A DNA stretch of 64,000 nucleotides, from the NCBI GenBank assembly GCA_026391805.1, contig JAPLDJ010000017.1, forward strand, positions 19,378-83,377, read 5' to 3'. The position numbers were made by a program, and so were the translations under genes. The DNA is from Bacteroidota bacterium. GTDB lineage: Bacteria; Bacteroidota; Bacteroidia; Bacteroidales; FEN-979. The notes below the pieces were generated by a model, which ran no database searches, was not told the DNA's origin, and saw only the letters and a list, made by a program, of their open reading frames with translations. This document shows positions 53,262 through 62,624 of this stretch, piece after piece. The first letter of the stretch is position 1; each line of letters opens with the position of its first letter.

Positions 53262-54155
53262 TTATTTTACTGGCATGAATTTGATTTCCCCGGGCATACC
53301 TATCTTCAGGGTGCCGTCGTTTTTTACCCTGACCTTTGCGGCATAGACAAGGTTCACCCGTTCTTCTTTGGTCTGGATCGTCTTGGGCGTGAATTCGGCG
53401 GATTGCGAGATCCAGGTGACCGTTCCCCCGACTGTGCTGTTGGTATTTTCATCCTTGTCGAAACTGACCTGCACAGCCTGGCCGATTTTGATATAGGGCA
53501 ACTGTACCCCGCTGACATAAACCCGCAGATCAAGGGTATTCAGGTTGGCAATCTTGTAAATGGGTTTTCCATAGGTAGTCACTTCATTCGGTTCAGCATA
53601 TTTGGTAAGGACAGTCCCCTTGATCGGATTGATGATATGGGCATCGGCAATCGACTTTTTAATCTGGTCCACCTGCTTATTGAAGGTCGAAACCTGTGCA
53701 TCAAGGCTTGAATACTGCGAATGGACGGAAGCGATCTGTTTATCGATCAGGTTTAGGCTGGCCTGGATATCATCCATCTGTTTCTGTGTAGCGGCGCCGT
53801 CTTTCATCAGCCGCTCCACCCGGGCCTTGTCAACCATTACGTTCGCTTTGTTCTGTTCAAGAACGGCGATCTGTGCAGCCAGGTCATCCCTCCGTGCTGA
53901 AGTTGCCACCTGTTGTTCGCGGGTCTGGCTCCGCTTCAGGTCCATGTCGAGGGTGTCAATAACACCTACAAGTTGGTTTGAATCGAGGAGCTGTCCCTCT
54001 TCAACTCTCAGGAACAGGATCTTTCCGTTGGCCAGCGCAGAAACGGTAACTTCGGTTGCTTCAAATGTTCCGTAGGCATCGGGTTTGTCCTTATCGCTTT
54101 TACAGGAAAACAGGATAAGAAAGAGCGGTAGTAATGCTAAAAGTCCTTTTTTCAT
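53262..54155 (-). CDS. HlyD-family periplasmic adaptor (YbhG-like), lipoprotein
   Basis: Lipobox LILFSC, a long coiled-coil region and a C-terminal beta-barrel domain. Confidence 0.85.
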   Translation of the reverse strand: MKKGLLALLPLFLILFSCKSDKDKPDAYGTFEATEVTVSALANGKILFLRVEEGQLLDSNQLVGVIDTLDMDLKRSQTREQQVATSARRDDLAAQIAVLEQNKANVMVDKARVERLMKDGAATQKQMDDIQASLNLIDKQIASVHSQYSSLDAQVSTFNKQVDQIKKSIADAHIINPIKGTVLTKYAEPNEVTTYGKPIYKIANLNTLDLRVYVSGVQLPYIKIGQAVQVSFDKDENTNSTVGGTVTWISQSAEFTPKTIQTKEERVNLVYAAKVRVKNDGTLKIGMPGEIKFMPVK

Positions 54156-54193
54156 TGGTATGCTGTTTTTATTCTTTAATTTTCACGATAAAA

Positions 54194-55474
54194 TTACAAT
54201 TTGCCAAGTATGTAAAGGTAGGCGATCTTCGCCTTCACCAACTGGATGCGGTGCAGCTCGAATGACAGTTTTGCCGTCTTTTCTTCATTCAAACGGGAGA
54301 TGTAATCGCTGGAAGTGATCACGCCGTTGTCGAGCTGGGAAGAGGAGGCAAGGGAAATTCGTTTCCGCAATTCTATGATCTCCTCATCTTTTTTTTGCAG
54401 CTCTTTCAGCTTCACGATCTCTGCGAGTCCTCTGTCGGATTCGATTTTCAGGTTCTTTTCAAAAGTCTCTTTTTGTGCCCCGATGATATCGCCCTGGATC
54501 TCATAGATCTTCTTTTCATTTTTACTGAGGTTCCAGTTCCAGATGTTCCAGGTCAGTTTGGCGCCAACGATCCACCATGGCGTAAAATCATTTGAAAGCA
54601 TGTTCAGTCCCAGTCGTCCGTATCCGGCCTGGCCGTATGCGGATAACTTCGGATTCCAGCGGGTGTTGACCATGTCTTTCAGGACTCCTGATTTTGCTTG
54701 CTGAATGTTGTACCATTGCAGTTCGGGGCGTTTGTCTTCAAATGCGGTTGATGCGATCTGGACAACCGGAATGACTAGCCGGGAATTTTCGGGGATGGTG
54801 GAAGAGGTAAGCTCCGACAGCACCTGGAAGGCCACGGAACGGTCGTTCCGGTTTTCGATCAGCTGCTGGTCGATCTTGATGGTTTCCGCCTCAAGGGCGT
54901 CGGCATTGGAGGCCAGGGAAAACCCGTTGGCAACAGCCGACCGGATCTCCTTCAGTTTCGATTCCAGCTGATCTTTGGTGCTGTTGAGGATCGCTTCATT
55001 CTGCTGAAACATAAAAATGCTGAAGTAAGCCAGGTTGATCCGGTCTTTTATCTTATAAAGCTCAACCTCAAGGCTTTTCTGATCAGCCTGGAGACTGACG
55101 GTCTCCAGCTTTTTCTGGTAACCGGTCACACTTCCGTCATAAATAGACTGATTCACATCAAAAGTGATCCTGTACCAATCTTTGCTGATTTTCGGAATCG
55201 GTAAGGAAGATAACTGGGGCGGCAAATTGGACCCCAGTTCGGTTACATCCGACTGAAGACTTGCACTTCCGTTGAGGTTCAGCTGGGGCAGGTAATTCTT
55301 GTTCAGGTTCTTTATTTTCAGATCACTGGACCGATCCATCATGCCTGCCTGACGGGTAAGGGGATAGGTTTTCTCTGCCCGGGCGTAGCAGTCGTAAAGT
55401 GTAACCGTATCGGTTTGCCCGATCACGGAAGACTGTAGTATCAAAGTCCCTAACAGGATTACAATTCGTTTCAT
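54194..55474 (-). CDS. TolC-family outer-membrane efflux protein
   Basis: 426 aa with a signal peptide and two tandem helical-repeat halves typical of the OEP family. Confidence 0.85.
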   Translation of the reverse strand: MKRIVILLGTLILQSSVIGQTDTVTLYDCYARAEKTYPLTRQAGMMDRSSDLKIKNLNKNYLPQLNLNGSASLQSDVTELGSNLPPQLSSLPIPKISKDWYRITFDVNQSIYDGSVTGYQKKLETVSLQADQKSLEVELYKIKDRINLAYFSIFMFQQNEAILNSTKDQLESKLKEIRSAVANGFSLASNADALEAETIKIDQQLIENRNDRSVAFQVLSELTSSTIPENSRLVIPVVQIASTAFEDKRPELQWYNIQQAKSGVLKDMVNTRWNPKLSAYGQAGYGRLGLNMLSNDFTPWWIVGAKLTWNIWNWNLSKNEKKIYEIQGDIIGAQKETFEKNLKIESDRGLAEIVKLKELQKKDEEIIELRKRISLASSSQLDNGVITSSDYISRLNEEKTAKLSFELHRIQLVKAKIAYLYILGKL

Positions 55475-56079
55475 TTTTTTGTGATTGCGTTCATGATAAA
55501 CTCCGGAAGTTCCTTTTTCCGTTTCTCTATGAATTCATCATATTCTTTTTCCGAAAAATTAAATATGACTTTTAAAAGAGGTTTTGCAACGACAGGAAAA
55601 ATGCACATGGAAAGAACATTGATAAAAAGATCCCGTGGATCGACATTTTCAATCCGGGCGTCCCGCATGGAATCCCTCAGTTTTTCGTACAAAAATAAAG
55701 GCTGAACGGGAACTGAGTGAAAAACATCAATGATCTTGTCAGGGTTCTGGTTGATCTCGGAAAGGATGAATCCCGGTATGAAAGAGTTTTTCTGCAGAAA
55801 CCCGATGTACTCGTTAATCATTTTCCCCAGTTTTTCTTCCAGCGGATCATCCGATCCTACCGTAAGGAACAGCCGTGAAAAGATATCCTTGAAGGCATCC
55901 TGAAAAACAGCATTGAAAAGATTCTCCTTCGTCCTGAAATAATAATGCAGCAATGCCTTGTTGATACCTGCTTCATCAGCGATCTCCTGCATGCGCGTTC
56001 CATCATAACCCTTGCGATGGAAGATCTTCTTCGCAGCTTCCAGGATCTTTTCTTCGGTACAGTGAGGAGTGTTAACCAT
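55471..56079 (-). CDS. TetR/AcrR-family transcriptional regulator
   Basis: N-terminal HTH ILEAAKKIFHRKGYDGTRMQEIADEAGINKALLHYYFRTKENLF. A 4-nt overlap links it to the TolC gene. Confidence 0.88.
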   Translation of the reverse strand: MVNTPHCTEEKILEAAKKIFHRKGYDGTRMQEIADEAGINKALLHYYFRTKENLFNAVFQDAFKDIFSRLFLTVGSDDPLEEKLGKMINEYIGFLQKNSFIPGFILSEINQNPDKIIDVFHSVPVQPLFLYEKLRDSMRDARIENVDPRDLFINVLSMCIFPVVAKPLLKVIFNFSEKEYDEFIEKRKKELPEFIMNAITKK

Positions 56080-56103
56080 TAGGTTTAACCATATAGTTTA
56101 ACC
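56071..56103. promoter_or_regulatory. candidate TetR operator: three TTAACCA repeats at 13-bp spacing
   Basis: The sequence is gtgTTAACCAtt aggtTTAACCAta tagtTTAACCAaa. The ttaacc cores sit at 56072, 56085 and 56098. The repeats lie between the -7 box and the start codon and overlap the start codon. Confidence 0.35.
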
Positions 56104-56110
56104 AAACGGT

Positions 56111-56118
56111 CAAAAGTA
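56111..56118 (-). promoter_or_regulatory. putative -7 box (TAnnTTTG) of the efflux operon
   Basis: The minus strand reads tacttttg, 32 nt upstream of the ATG at 56079. Confidence 0.45.
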
Positions 56119-56157
56119 ATACAAATTTTTATTCTGAAACAATTTATATCAATTATT

Positions 56158-57903
56158 TTACCGCGGGATCTTGATCTTCTGTCCTGGCTTCAGGCGCTGA
56201 GTATTGGTAATGTTGTTCTCCTTTTTGATATCTGCCACCGTAACATCGAATTTTTCAGCAATCTCCCAGAGTGTATCCCCCTGCTGGATAGTATACCAGA
56301 CGAATTTCGGTGCGGCTGGTTTGGTTGTCTTTGGGGATGATGCTGGAGGATTGGCTGCAGGCTTTGCGGTTGTTTCGGAACGTGTTGAGACGACTTTCAG
56401 CTTCTGTCCCACAAGGAGATTGGAACTCTTCAGGTTGTTCCAGGTCATCAGGTCCTGAATCGTGCAGCCGTATTTCTGCGCAATCTTTCCCAGGGATTCT
56501 CCGCTTGCTACCGTATGATATTTCGGGGTGACTTCGGGAAACGGTTTCTCTTCCTTTTCAGGCTTTGTACCTGAATCTGTTGTCGGACGAGGAGGCTGAT
56601 TCAGACTTTCCGGAAAATAGGATTTCCCGGTTCCGCTGTATACCAGGAGGTTTTGTTTCGGCCTGACATAATTCTTTGACAGGCCATTGAGGGCTTTTAA
56701 TTCCGAAACTGACATGTGGAACTTCTTTGCGATGCTGGCCATTGTTTCCCCTTTTTTCACCTTGTACTCAAGGGTCGGGCGGTTGTTGTTCAGGGTCAGC
56801 ATCATCAGAGAATCACGGGCAATTCCCGACTTTGTCTTATATGCATACAAGGCTGCCTCATTGTTGATGAAATCACCGATGTATTTTTTCCTCAGCCTTA
56901 ATTTATAAGGTGTTTCCGCCGTGGCCGGGATGATGCCCTGTTTAAAGGAAGGATTCAGGAACTGCACCTCTTCATAAGGAATATGAAGCATCTCGGAAAT
57001 CTGGTTAAAAGTCAGGGGGTTTCTCACAGTAACAGTATCGATCTCATAAAAAAGGATCCCGGGATCAATAGGATAAATCTTATGTTCCGCCGAATAGGTC
57101 ATGACATAGCTGGCGGCAATGAAGGCCGGTACATACGACCGGGTTTCCTTCGGAAGGAATTTCTGGATGACCCAGAAATTTTTTGCCCCGCCGGCCCTGC
57201 GGATGGCCTTATTGACATTCCCCGGTCCGGAATTGTAGGCGGCCAGCGCCAGCGACCAGTTTCCGTAAATTTCATAAAGATCGGTAAGATGCTCGCAGGC
57301 AGCCACCGTCGATTTGACAGGATCAAAACGGTCATCGGTATAAGAAGAGATCTTCAGCCCGTAAACCTTCCCTGTTCCGTACATGAATTGCCACAAACCC
57401 TTTGCGCCTGCCCTGGAATTGGCCACCGGGTTCAGTGCCGACTCAATAACGGCAAGGTATTTCAGCTCAAGCGGCATGTTGTATTTGTCGAGCTGTTCCT
57501 CGAACAGGGGGAAATAGATCTGCGCCAACCCCAGGATGCGCGAGGTCAGGCCTCTTTTCCTGTACGCATAGAGGTCGATGAATTTCCTGACATCTGCGTT
57601 ATATACATATTCGAAAGGCGATTGAAGACTCATCCCGGTGATCCTGTCACGATAAACGGAATCAGGAAAATAGGGGATCTGATCGGAACCGCTGATTGTA
57701 TTTGTTTCTGAGGAACCCGGTTTCAGGAACCTGGAATTTTCAAACACCTTCAGTCCTGCGAGACTATCGAGCATGGAAACAACCGGATCATCTTCCACAA
57801 AGCCCTTTTTTGCCGCACTGGTATCGGGCAGGACAGGTTCCTGTGCCCATAAAAAAGTTGAAAAAAGCAGAAAGATCAAAACCGGAAATTTCCTGATGAA
57901 CAT
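56158..57903 (-). CDS. MltD-like lytic transglycosylase with three LysM domains
   Basis: SLT block AVIESALNPVANSRAGAKGLWQFMYGTG. Three LysM repeats (YKVKKGETMASIAKKF, HTVASGESLGKIAQKY, YTIQQGDTLWEIAEKF). Confidence 0.85.
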   Translation of the reverse strand: MFIRKFPVLIFLLFSTFLWAQEPVLPDTSAAKKGFVEDDPVVSMLDSLAGLKVFENSRFLKPGSSETNTISGSDQIPYFPDSVYRDRITGMSLQSPFEYVYNADVRKFIDLYAYRKRGLTSRILGLAQIYFPLFEEQLDKYNMPLELKYLAVIESALNPVANSRAGAKGLWQFMYGTGKVYGLKISSYTDDRFDPVKSTVAACEHLTDLYEIYGNWSLALAAYNSGPGNVNKAIRRAGGAKNFWVIQKFLPKETRSYVPAFIAASYVMTYSAEHKIYPIDPGILFYEIDTVTVRNPLTFNQISEMLHIPYEEVQFLNPSFKQGIIPATAETPYKLRLRKKYIGDFINNEAALYAYKTKSGIARDSLMMLTLNNNRPTLEYKVKKGETMASIAKKFHMSVSELKALNGLSKNYVRPKQNLLVYSGTGKSYFPESLNQPPRPTTDSGTKPEKEEKPFPEVTPKYHTVASGESLGKIAQKYGCTIQDLMTWNNLKSSNLLVGQKLKVVSTRSETTAKPAANPPASSPKTTKPAAPKFVWYTIQQGDTLWEIAEKFDVTVADIKKENNITNTQRLKPGQKIKIPR

Positions 57904-57939
57904 AAATGAGGATTAAATCAATTATAAAACAGATCGTTG

Positions 57940-57947
57940 CAAATTTA
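57940..57947 (-). promoter_or_regulatory. putative -7 box (TAnnTTTG)
   Basis: The minus strand reads taaatttg, 37 nt upstream of the ATG at 57903. Confidence 0.4.
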
Positions 57948-58013
57948 GCGGATAAACAGATAAGAGTAATCAGGACGGGAAAAAGTGATTAACAATGAAT
58001 TGTTAATGAGGGA

Positions 58014-58889
58014 TCAGAGATTTTCCACATGAATCGTAACCTCGGTATGATTGATCGACCGCTTGATCTCCTCTTCAATGGCATCGCAGAGGGCATGTGC
58101 ATTCTTTACAGTCATCTCGGCCGGTACGTTGAGATGGAAATCAACATAACGGTAATTTCCGGCTTTGCGGGTGCGCAGGCCATGATAACTCATGGTATCT
58201 GAACAATTTGCGCTGATCAGTTTTTTGATCAATTCGACCTCTTCGTGTGAAAGTGCTTCGTCAAGCAGGGGGGAATAAGCTTTTTTAAACAGGATAAAGG
58301 ATTCTCTGAGGATGAGTAATGCAACCAGGATGGCGATGACAGGATCAAGGTATGTAATGAGGGGACTTTTGAAAAAATAACCCAGAACCAGCATCAGGAA
58401 AAGACCGCCTGCCACACCCATCGACGTGTACACATCCACCTTCAGGTGGAGCGCATCCGCTTCCAGTGCAATGGAATCGGTCTCCTTGGCAACTTTGTAG
58501 AGCTTGCGGGAAACCAGAAAATTCACGATTGCAGATATCGCCATCACGACGATTCCAAGGCCGATCTTTTCTATGTCCTTCGGATGAATGATCTTTCTGA
58601 CCGCTTCCATAATGATCCATGCCGATGCGACGAAGATCAGGATGGCCTCAACGACACCGGAAATGTTCTCAAATTTTCCATGTCCGTAGGGATGTCTTTC
58701 GTCGGCCGGGGTATCGGAAATCCTGACGGAGAAAAATGCAATGATCGCAGCCAGCAGGTCCATGAAGGAATGAATGGCTTCGGACAAAATACTGATGGAA
58801 CCGCTTAAAAAGCCCACCACAACCTTCATGATGATCAGCAGGGTGTTGGATAATACTGACAGACGTGCAATGCTTGTTTTCCTGTTCAT
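58014..58889 (-). CDS. cation diffusion facilitator (CDF) family transporter
   Basis: The SEAIHSFMDLL and HPYGHGKFE motifs, 6 TM helices and a C-terminal cytoplasmic domain. Confidence 0.88.
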   Translation of the reverse strand: MNRKTSIARLSVLSNTLLIIMKVVVGFLSGSISILSEAIHSFMDLLAAIIAFFSVRISDTPADERHPYGHGKFENISGVVEAILIFVASAWIIMEAVRKIIHPKDIEKIGLGIVVMAISAIVNFLVSRKLYKVAKETDSIALEADALHLKVDVYTSMGVAGGLFLMLVLGYFFKSPLITYLDPVIAILVALLILRESFILFKKAYSPLLDEALSHEEVELIKKLISANCSDTMSYHGLRTRKAGNYRYVDFHLNVPAEMTVKNAHALCDAIEEEIKRSINHTEVTIHVENL

Positions 58890-58906
58890 GCCGAGAAAAT
58901 GGACAA

Positions 58907-58914
58907 CAAAAATA
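58907..58914 (-). promoter_or_regulatory. putative -7 box (TAnnTTTG)
   Basis: The minus strand reads tatttttg, 18 nt upstream of the ATG at 58889. Confidence 0.45.
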
Positions 58915-59013
58915 CATTCCTTCCGGAATAATTTAATTTTTCCGGGTAGAAGTTATTACCAGTTTTTAAAAAAGATAAAGCCGGAATGGGGTTGAGTCCT
59001 TGAAAGAGATTTT

Positions 59014-59021
59014 TATCTTTG
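59014..59021 (+). promoter_or_regulatory. putative -7 box (TAnnTTTG)
   Basis: tatctttg lies 23 nt upstream of the ATG at 59044. Confidence 0.45.
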
Positions 59022-59043
59022 TGATTGATAAATCCTTCCCCTC

Positions 59044-61068
59044 ATGAAAAAATTCTTTTATCTCTTTTCTCTATTCTTTTTTCTTTATACCGCAGCATCT
59101 GCACAGGTAAAAAACCCTGAACCATGGCAGCTGGGTCACTGGTTATCGGCCGAGGAAATGCTAAAGAAAGACCTGATAGGGCGTGGCTTTGTTGAAACCC
59201 CGCCTCCGGTCGGACCGGTAAGGAATGTTGCTGAATTCGACAGGATGCAGGCGGTGCTGGTGCGCTACCCCTTCGGCATTCCTATCAGCCTTGTTAAAGA
59301 GATGGCCAATGATATCATGGTTACCACCATCGTTCTCAATTCCTCCCAGCAGGCCACTGTTACAAGCCAGTACCAGGCGGCAGGCGTAAACATGGCCCAT
59401 TGCAATTTTCTGCTGGCGCCATCAGATTCTTACTGGACCAGGGATTACGGTCCCTGGTTTGAATCAGACGGAGACAACCACATTGGAATCGTGGATTTTC
59501 CATACAACCGTCCCCGTCCCAACGATGACGAAATTCCAAAAAAAGTTGCTGACATGCTTGGTATTCCTTGGTACGGAATGAATGTGATCCATACCGGCGG
59601 CAATTACATGACCGACGGCATGGGGATCTCCTCCTCAACCACATTGGTATGGACGGAAAATCCAACGCAGACGCATGATTCCATCGCAGATAAATTCCGT
59701 AACTACCTTGGGATAGATCCTTACCTCGTTGTTGAAGATCCGAACGGAACCTACATTGATCATATTGATTGCTGGGGAAAATACCTGGCGCCCGACAAGA
59801 TCCTGATCCGGAAAGTTCCAACTTCCCATCCGCAATACGCTGCGATCGAAGCCACAGCAGCTTATTACGCTTCCACGCCCTGTTCCTATGGATACAACTA
59901 CCGTGTTTCTCGCGTGAACACGCCAAACGATCAGCCCTATACAAATTCGCTGATCCTGAACAACAAGGTCTTCGTTCCAACCATGAGCTCTTCCTGGGAC
60001 GACAGCGCGATTGTGGCTTATCAGAGAGCCATGCCAGGGTACCAGGTCATAGGGGTCCTCGGGAATCCGGCCACACCATGGGTTTCCACCGATGCCCTGC
60101 ACTGCCGGAACATGGGAATCGCCGACATCGGCCAACTTTACATCCGCCACATTCCGCTTACCGGTAACCAGCCTGCCCAGGATAATTTTGTTCTCAATGC
60201 CGACCTGATCCCCTGCAGCGATTCGGCCATCTACAGCGATTCAGTGCTGATCTGGTACAAGGTCAACAATGGTGCTTACCAGGTAAAGCATATGACCAAT
60301 ACGACCGGCAACCATTATACCGGGATGATTCCCAAGCAACCGTCCGGAAGCATTATAAGTTATTACCTCTATGCTGCCGATAAATCCGGTCACAACGCCA
60401 TCCTGCCGATCATGGGTCCTGCCGACCCGTTCATGTTCACGGCCGTATATACCGATATCACCGCCATCCCCGATACCCTCTGGTTTCACACCCTCGCTGA
60501 CTGCATAACCGGGAAAGCAACCCGTTTGCACAACTACGCAGCAACAGGAATTTCCCTCATATCGGTAGAACAGTCCGGCTCAACTGGATGGTATGTTGAT
60601 TCCATGACGGTGTCTGCATTCCCTCACATGATGAACCCGGGTGATTCCGAATTTGTCCATGTGAGGTTTGTAATACCTTTAACCAATTCTGTTCCGGGAT
60701 ATTTTCTTGATACGATGGATGTAGTCAGCGAGCTGGGCCTGCACCGTGTGATCATCCTTGTCAACGACAGCCTTTTCACGGGTGTTCAGAATGCCGGTGT
60801 GACTGAAGGAACCCTGCTTGGACAGAATTTCCCGAACCCTTTCAAAGGCTCGACAACGATCCGGTATTTTCTGCCGGAACGATCCAGGGTAAAACTGGAA
60901 ATTCTTGATGCTTTCGGGCAGATAGTTTCTGTATTGACGGATACAGAAAAAGAGAGCGGATCCTCTACTGTAAAATTTGATGCGGGAGGTCTTCCTGCCG
61001 GGATCTATTATTACCGCCTGGTTACCGAAAAGGCGACGGTCACGAAAAAGATGCTGCTATACAGGTAG
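59044..61068 (+). CDS. T9SS-secreted PAD_porph-family deiminase, PPAD-like (peptidylarginine deiminase-like)
   Basis: Signal peptide. Blocks VLVRYPFGIP, SYWTRDYGPWF, YNRPRPNDDE, TGGNYMTDG, HIDCWGKYLAPDKILIRKVP, QPYTNSLILNN and TDALHCRN. An Ig-like region and an extra ~110-aa domain follow. T9SS sorting domain NFPNPFKGSTTIRY...GIYYYRL...KMLLYR. Confidence 0.8.
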   Translation: MKKFFYLFSLFFFLYTAASAQVKNPEPWQLGHWLSAEEMLKKDLIGRGFVETPPPVGPVRNVAEFDRMQAVLVRYPFGIPISLVKEMANDIMVTTIVLNSSQQATVTSQYQAAGVNMAHCNFLLAPSDSYWTRDYGPWFESDGDNHIGIVDFPYNRPRPNDDEIPKKVADMLGIPWYGMNVIHTGGNYMTDGMGISSSTTLVWTENPTQTHDSIADKFRNYLGIDPYLVVEDPNGTYIDHIDCWGKYLAPDKILIRKVPTSHPQYAAIEATAAYYASTPCSYGYNYRVSRVNTPNDQPYTNSLILNNKVFVPTMSSSWDDSAIVAYQRAMPGYQVIGVLGNPATPWVSTDALHCRNMGIADIGQLYIRHIPLTGNQPAQDNFVLNADLIPCSDSAIYSDSVLIWYKVNNGAYQVKHMTNTTGNHYTGMIPKQPSGSIISYYLYAADKSGHNAILPIMGPADPFMFTAVYTDITAIPDTLWFHTLADCITGKATRLHNYAATGISLISVEQSGSTGWYVDSMTVSAFPHMMNPGDSEFVHVRFVIPLTNSVPGYFLDTMDVVSELGLHRVIILVNDSLFTGVQNAGVTEGTLLGQNFPNPFKGSTTIRYFLPERSRVKLEILDAFGQIVSVLTDTEKESGSSTVKFDAGGLPAGIYYYRLVTEKATVTKKMLLYR

Positions 61069-61069
61069 A

Positions 61070-62578
61070 TTATTTTTCAGGACGCATCTGCGGAAAGAAG
61101 AGAACATCCTGGATCGAGGGTGAATCCGTCATGATCATGGTAAGGCGGTCGATGCCGATGCCAAGGCCGGACGTCGGCGGCATTCCGAATTCAAGGGCCC
61201 TCAGGAAATCTTCATCAAGCACCATCGATTCCATATCCCCGCGCTTGCCCAGTTCAAGCTGAGCCTCGAACCGTTCACGCTGATCGATCGGGTCGTTCAG
61301 TTCGGTGAAGGCATTGCAGATCTCCTTCCTGTTACAGATGGCTTCGAACCGTTCCACAAGCCCTTCCTTGGTACGGTGCTTCTTTGCCAGCGGCGACATT
61401 TCAACAGGATAATCGGTGATGAAAGTAGGCTGGATAAGATTGGGCTCGCATTTTTCCCCGAAGATCTGGTCGATGATCTTTCCCTTTGCCATGGTCGGGT
61501 CGGTTGGAACATTCATGCTTTTCGCAAGGGACAGGAGTTCCTGTTCATTCATTCCTGAAATATCAGTACTGGTATAGTGTTGGATCACTTCGTACATGGT
61601 GAACCTTTTCCAGGGCCGTTTGAAATCGATCATGTTTTCTCCAACCTTCACTTCAGTTGTTCCGTGCAGATCAAGGGCGATCTTCTCCACCATCTCCTCC
61701 ACAAGGTTCATCATCCATTCATAATCTTTATACGCAACATACAATTCCATCTGGGTGAACTCGGGATTGTGGAACCGGTCCATCCCTTCATTGCGGAAAT
61801 CCTTCGAAAACTCATAAACCCCGTCGTACCCGCCAACGATCAGCCGCTTCAGGTAAAGCTCATTCGCAATCCTCAGATAGAGAGTAACGTCAAGGGAATT
61901 GTGATAGGTTGTAAATGGCCGTGCAGCCGCGCCGCCATACAATGGCTGAAGGATGGGTGTTTCTACTTCCAGGTATTTCCGGTCATTCAGGAATGACCGC
62001 ATCGAGTTGACCAGAATGGCGCGTTTAACAAATGCTTCACGGACATGAGGGTTCACAATCAGGTCAACGTACCGCTGGCGGTAACGCTGCTCGGGATCGG
62101 TAAAGGCATCGAAAAGGGTATCTTCCTTTTCCTTCACGATCGGAAGCGGCCGCAGGGATTTGCTAAGCAGCTTAAGTGATCTGACATGGATGGTGATCTC
62201 ACCCATCTGTGTAATGAAAACATAACCTGTCACACCAACGATATCGCCAATATCGAGAAGTTTCTTGAAAACTGTATTGTATAAAGTCTTGTCCTCTCCT
62301 GGGCAGATATCATCGCGTTTTACATACAACTGTATCCTGCCTGCCGAATCCTGGATCTCAACAAATGATGCTGCACCCATGATCCTGCGGCTCATGATCC
62401 TGCCGGAAATACTGATATCCTGAAAAAGGGTATTATCCTCCGCGAATTTTTTCTTTATTTCGGAAGAGTGGGCGGTTACTTCAAAGGTTTCTGGCGGATA
62501 AGGATTGATCCCTAACCGAATAAGTTCATTCAGTGAATCGCGGCGGATCTTTTCCTGCTCGCTCAGTACATGTGGCAT
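61070..62578 (-). CDS. lysS: lysine--tRNA ligase (class II)
   Basis: 502 aa with an N-terminal OB anticodon-binding domain. Class II motifs ([32 protein letters not shown]). Confidence 0.93.
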   Translation of the reverse strand: MPHVLSEQEKIRRDSLNELIRLGINPYPPETFEVTAHSSEIKKKFAEDNTLFQDISISGRIMSRRIMGAASFVEIQDSAGRIQLYVKRDDICPGEDKTLYNTVFKKLLDIGDIVGVTGYVFITQMGEITIHVRSLKLLSKSLRPLPIVKEKEDTLFDAFTDPEQRYRQRYVDLIVNPHVREAFVKRAILVNSMRSFLNDRKYLEVETPILQPLYGGAAARPFTTYHNSLDVTLYLRIANELYLKRLIVGGYDGVYEFSKDFRNEGMDRFHNPEFTQMELYVAYKDYEWMMNLVEEMVEKIALDLHGTTEVKVGENMIDFKRPWKRFTMYEVIQHYTSTDISGMNEQELLSLAKSMNVPTDPTMAKGKIIDQIFGEKCEPNLIQPTFITDYPVEMSPLAKKHRTKEGLVERFEAICNRKEICNAFTELNDPIDQRERFEAQLELGKRGDMESMVLDEDFLRALEFGMPPTSGLGIGIDRLTMIMTDSPSIQDVLFFPQMRPEK

Positions 62579-62594
62579 GATTTCGGATTTTCGG

Positions 62595-62602
62595 CAAAGA
62601 TA
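62595..62602 (-). promoter_or_regulatory. putative -7 box (TAnnTTTG) for lysS
   Basis: The minus strand reads tatctttg, 17 nt upstream of the ATG at 62578. Confidence 0.45.
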
Positions 62603-62624
62603 AGGGAAATCTTTGAGTCAGGTC

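Noticed and set aside
61066-61072. Convergent PPAD-like and lysS genes whose stop codons are separated by a single base, leaving no room for a terminator.
   Set aside because: The observation is real but probably only reflects compact gene packing. I could not support any functional claim such as antisense regulation.
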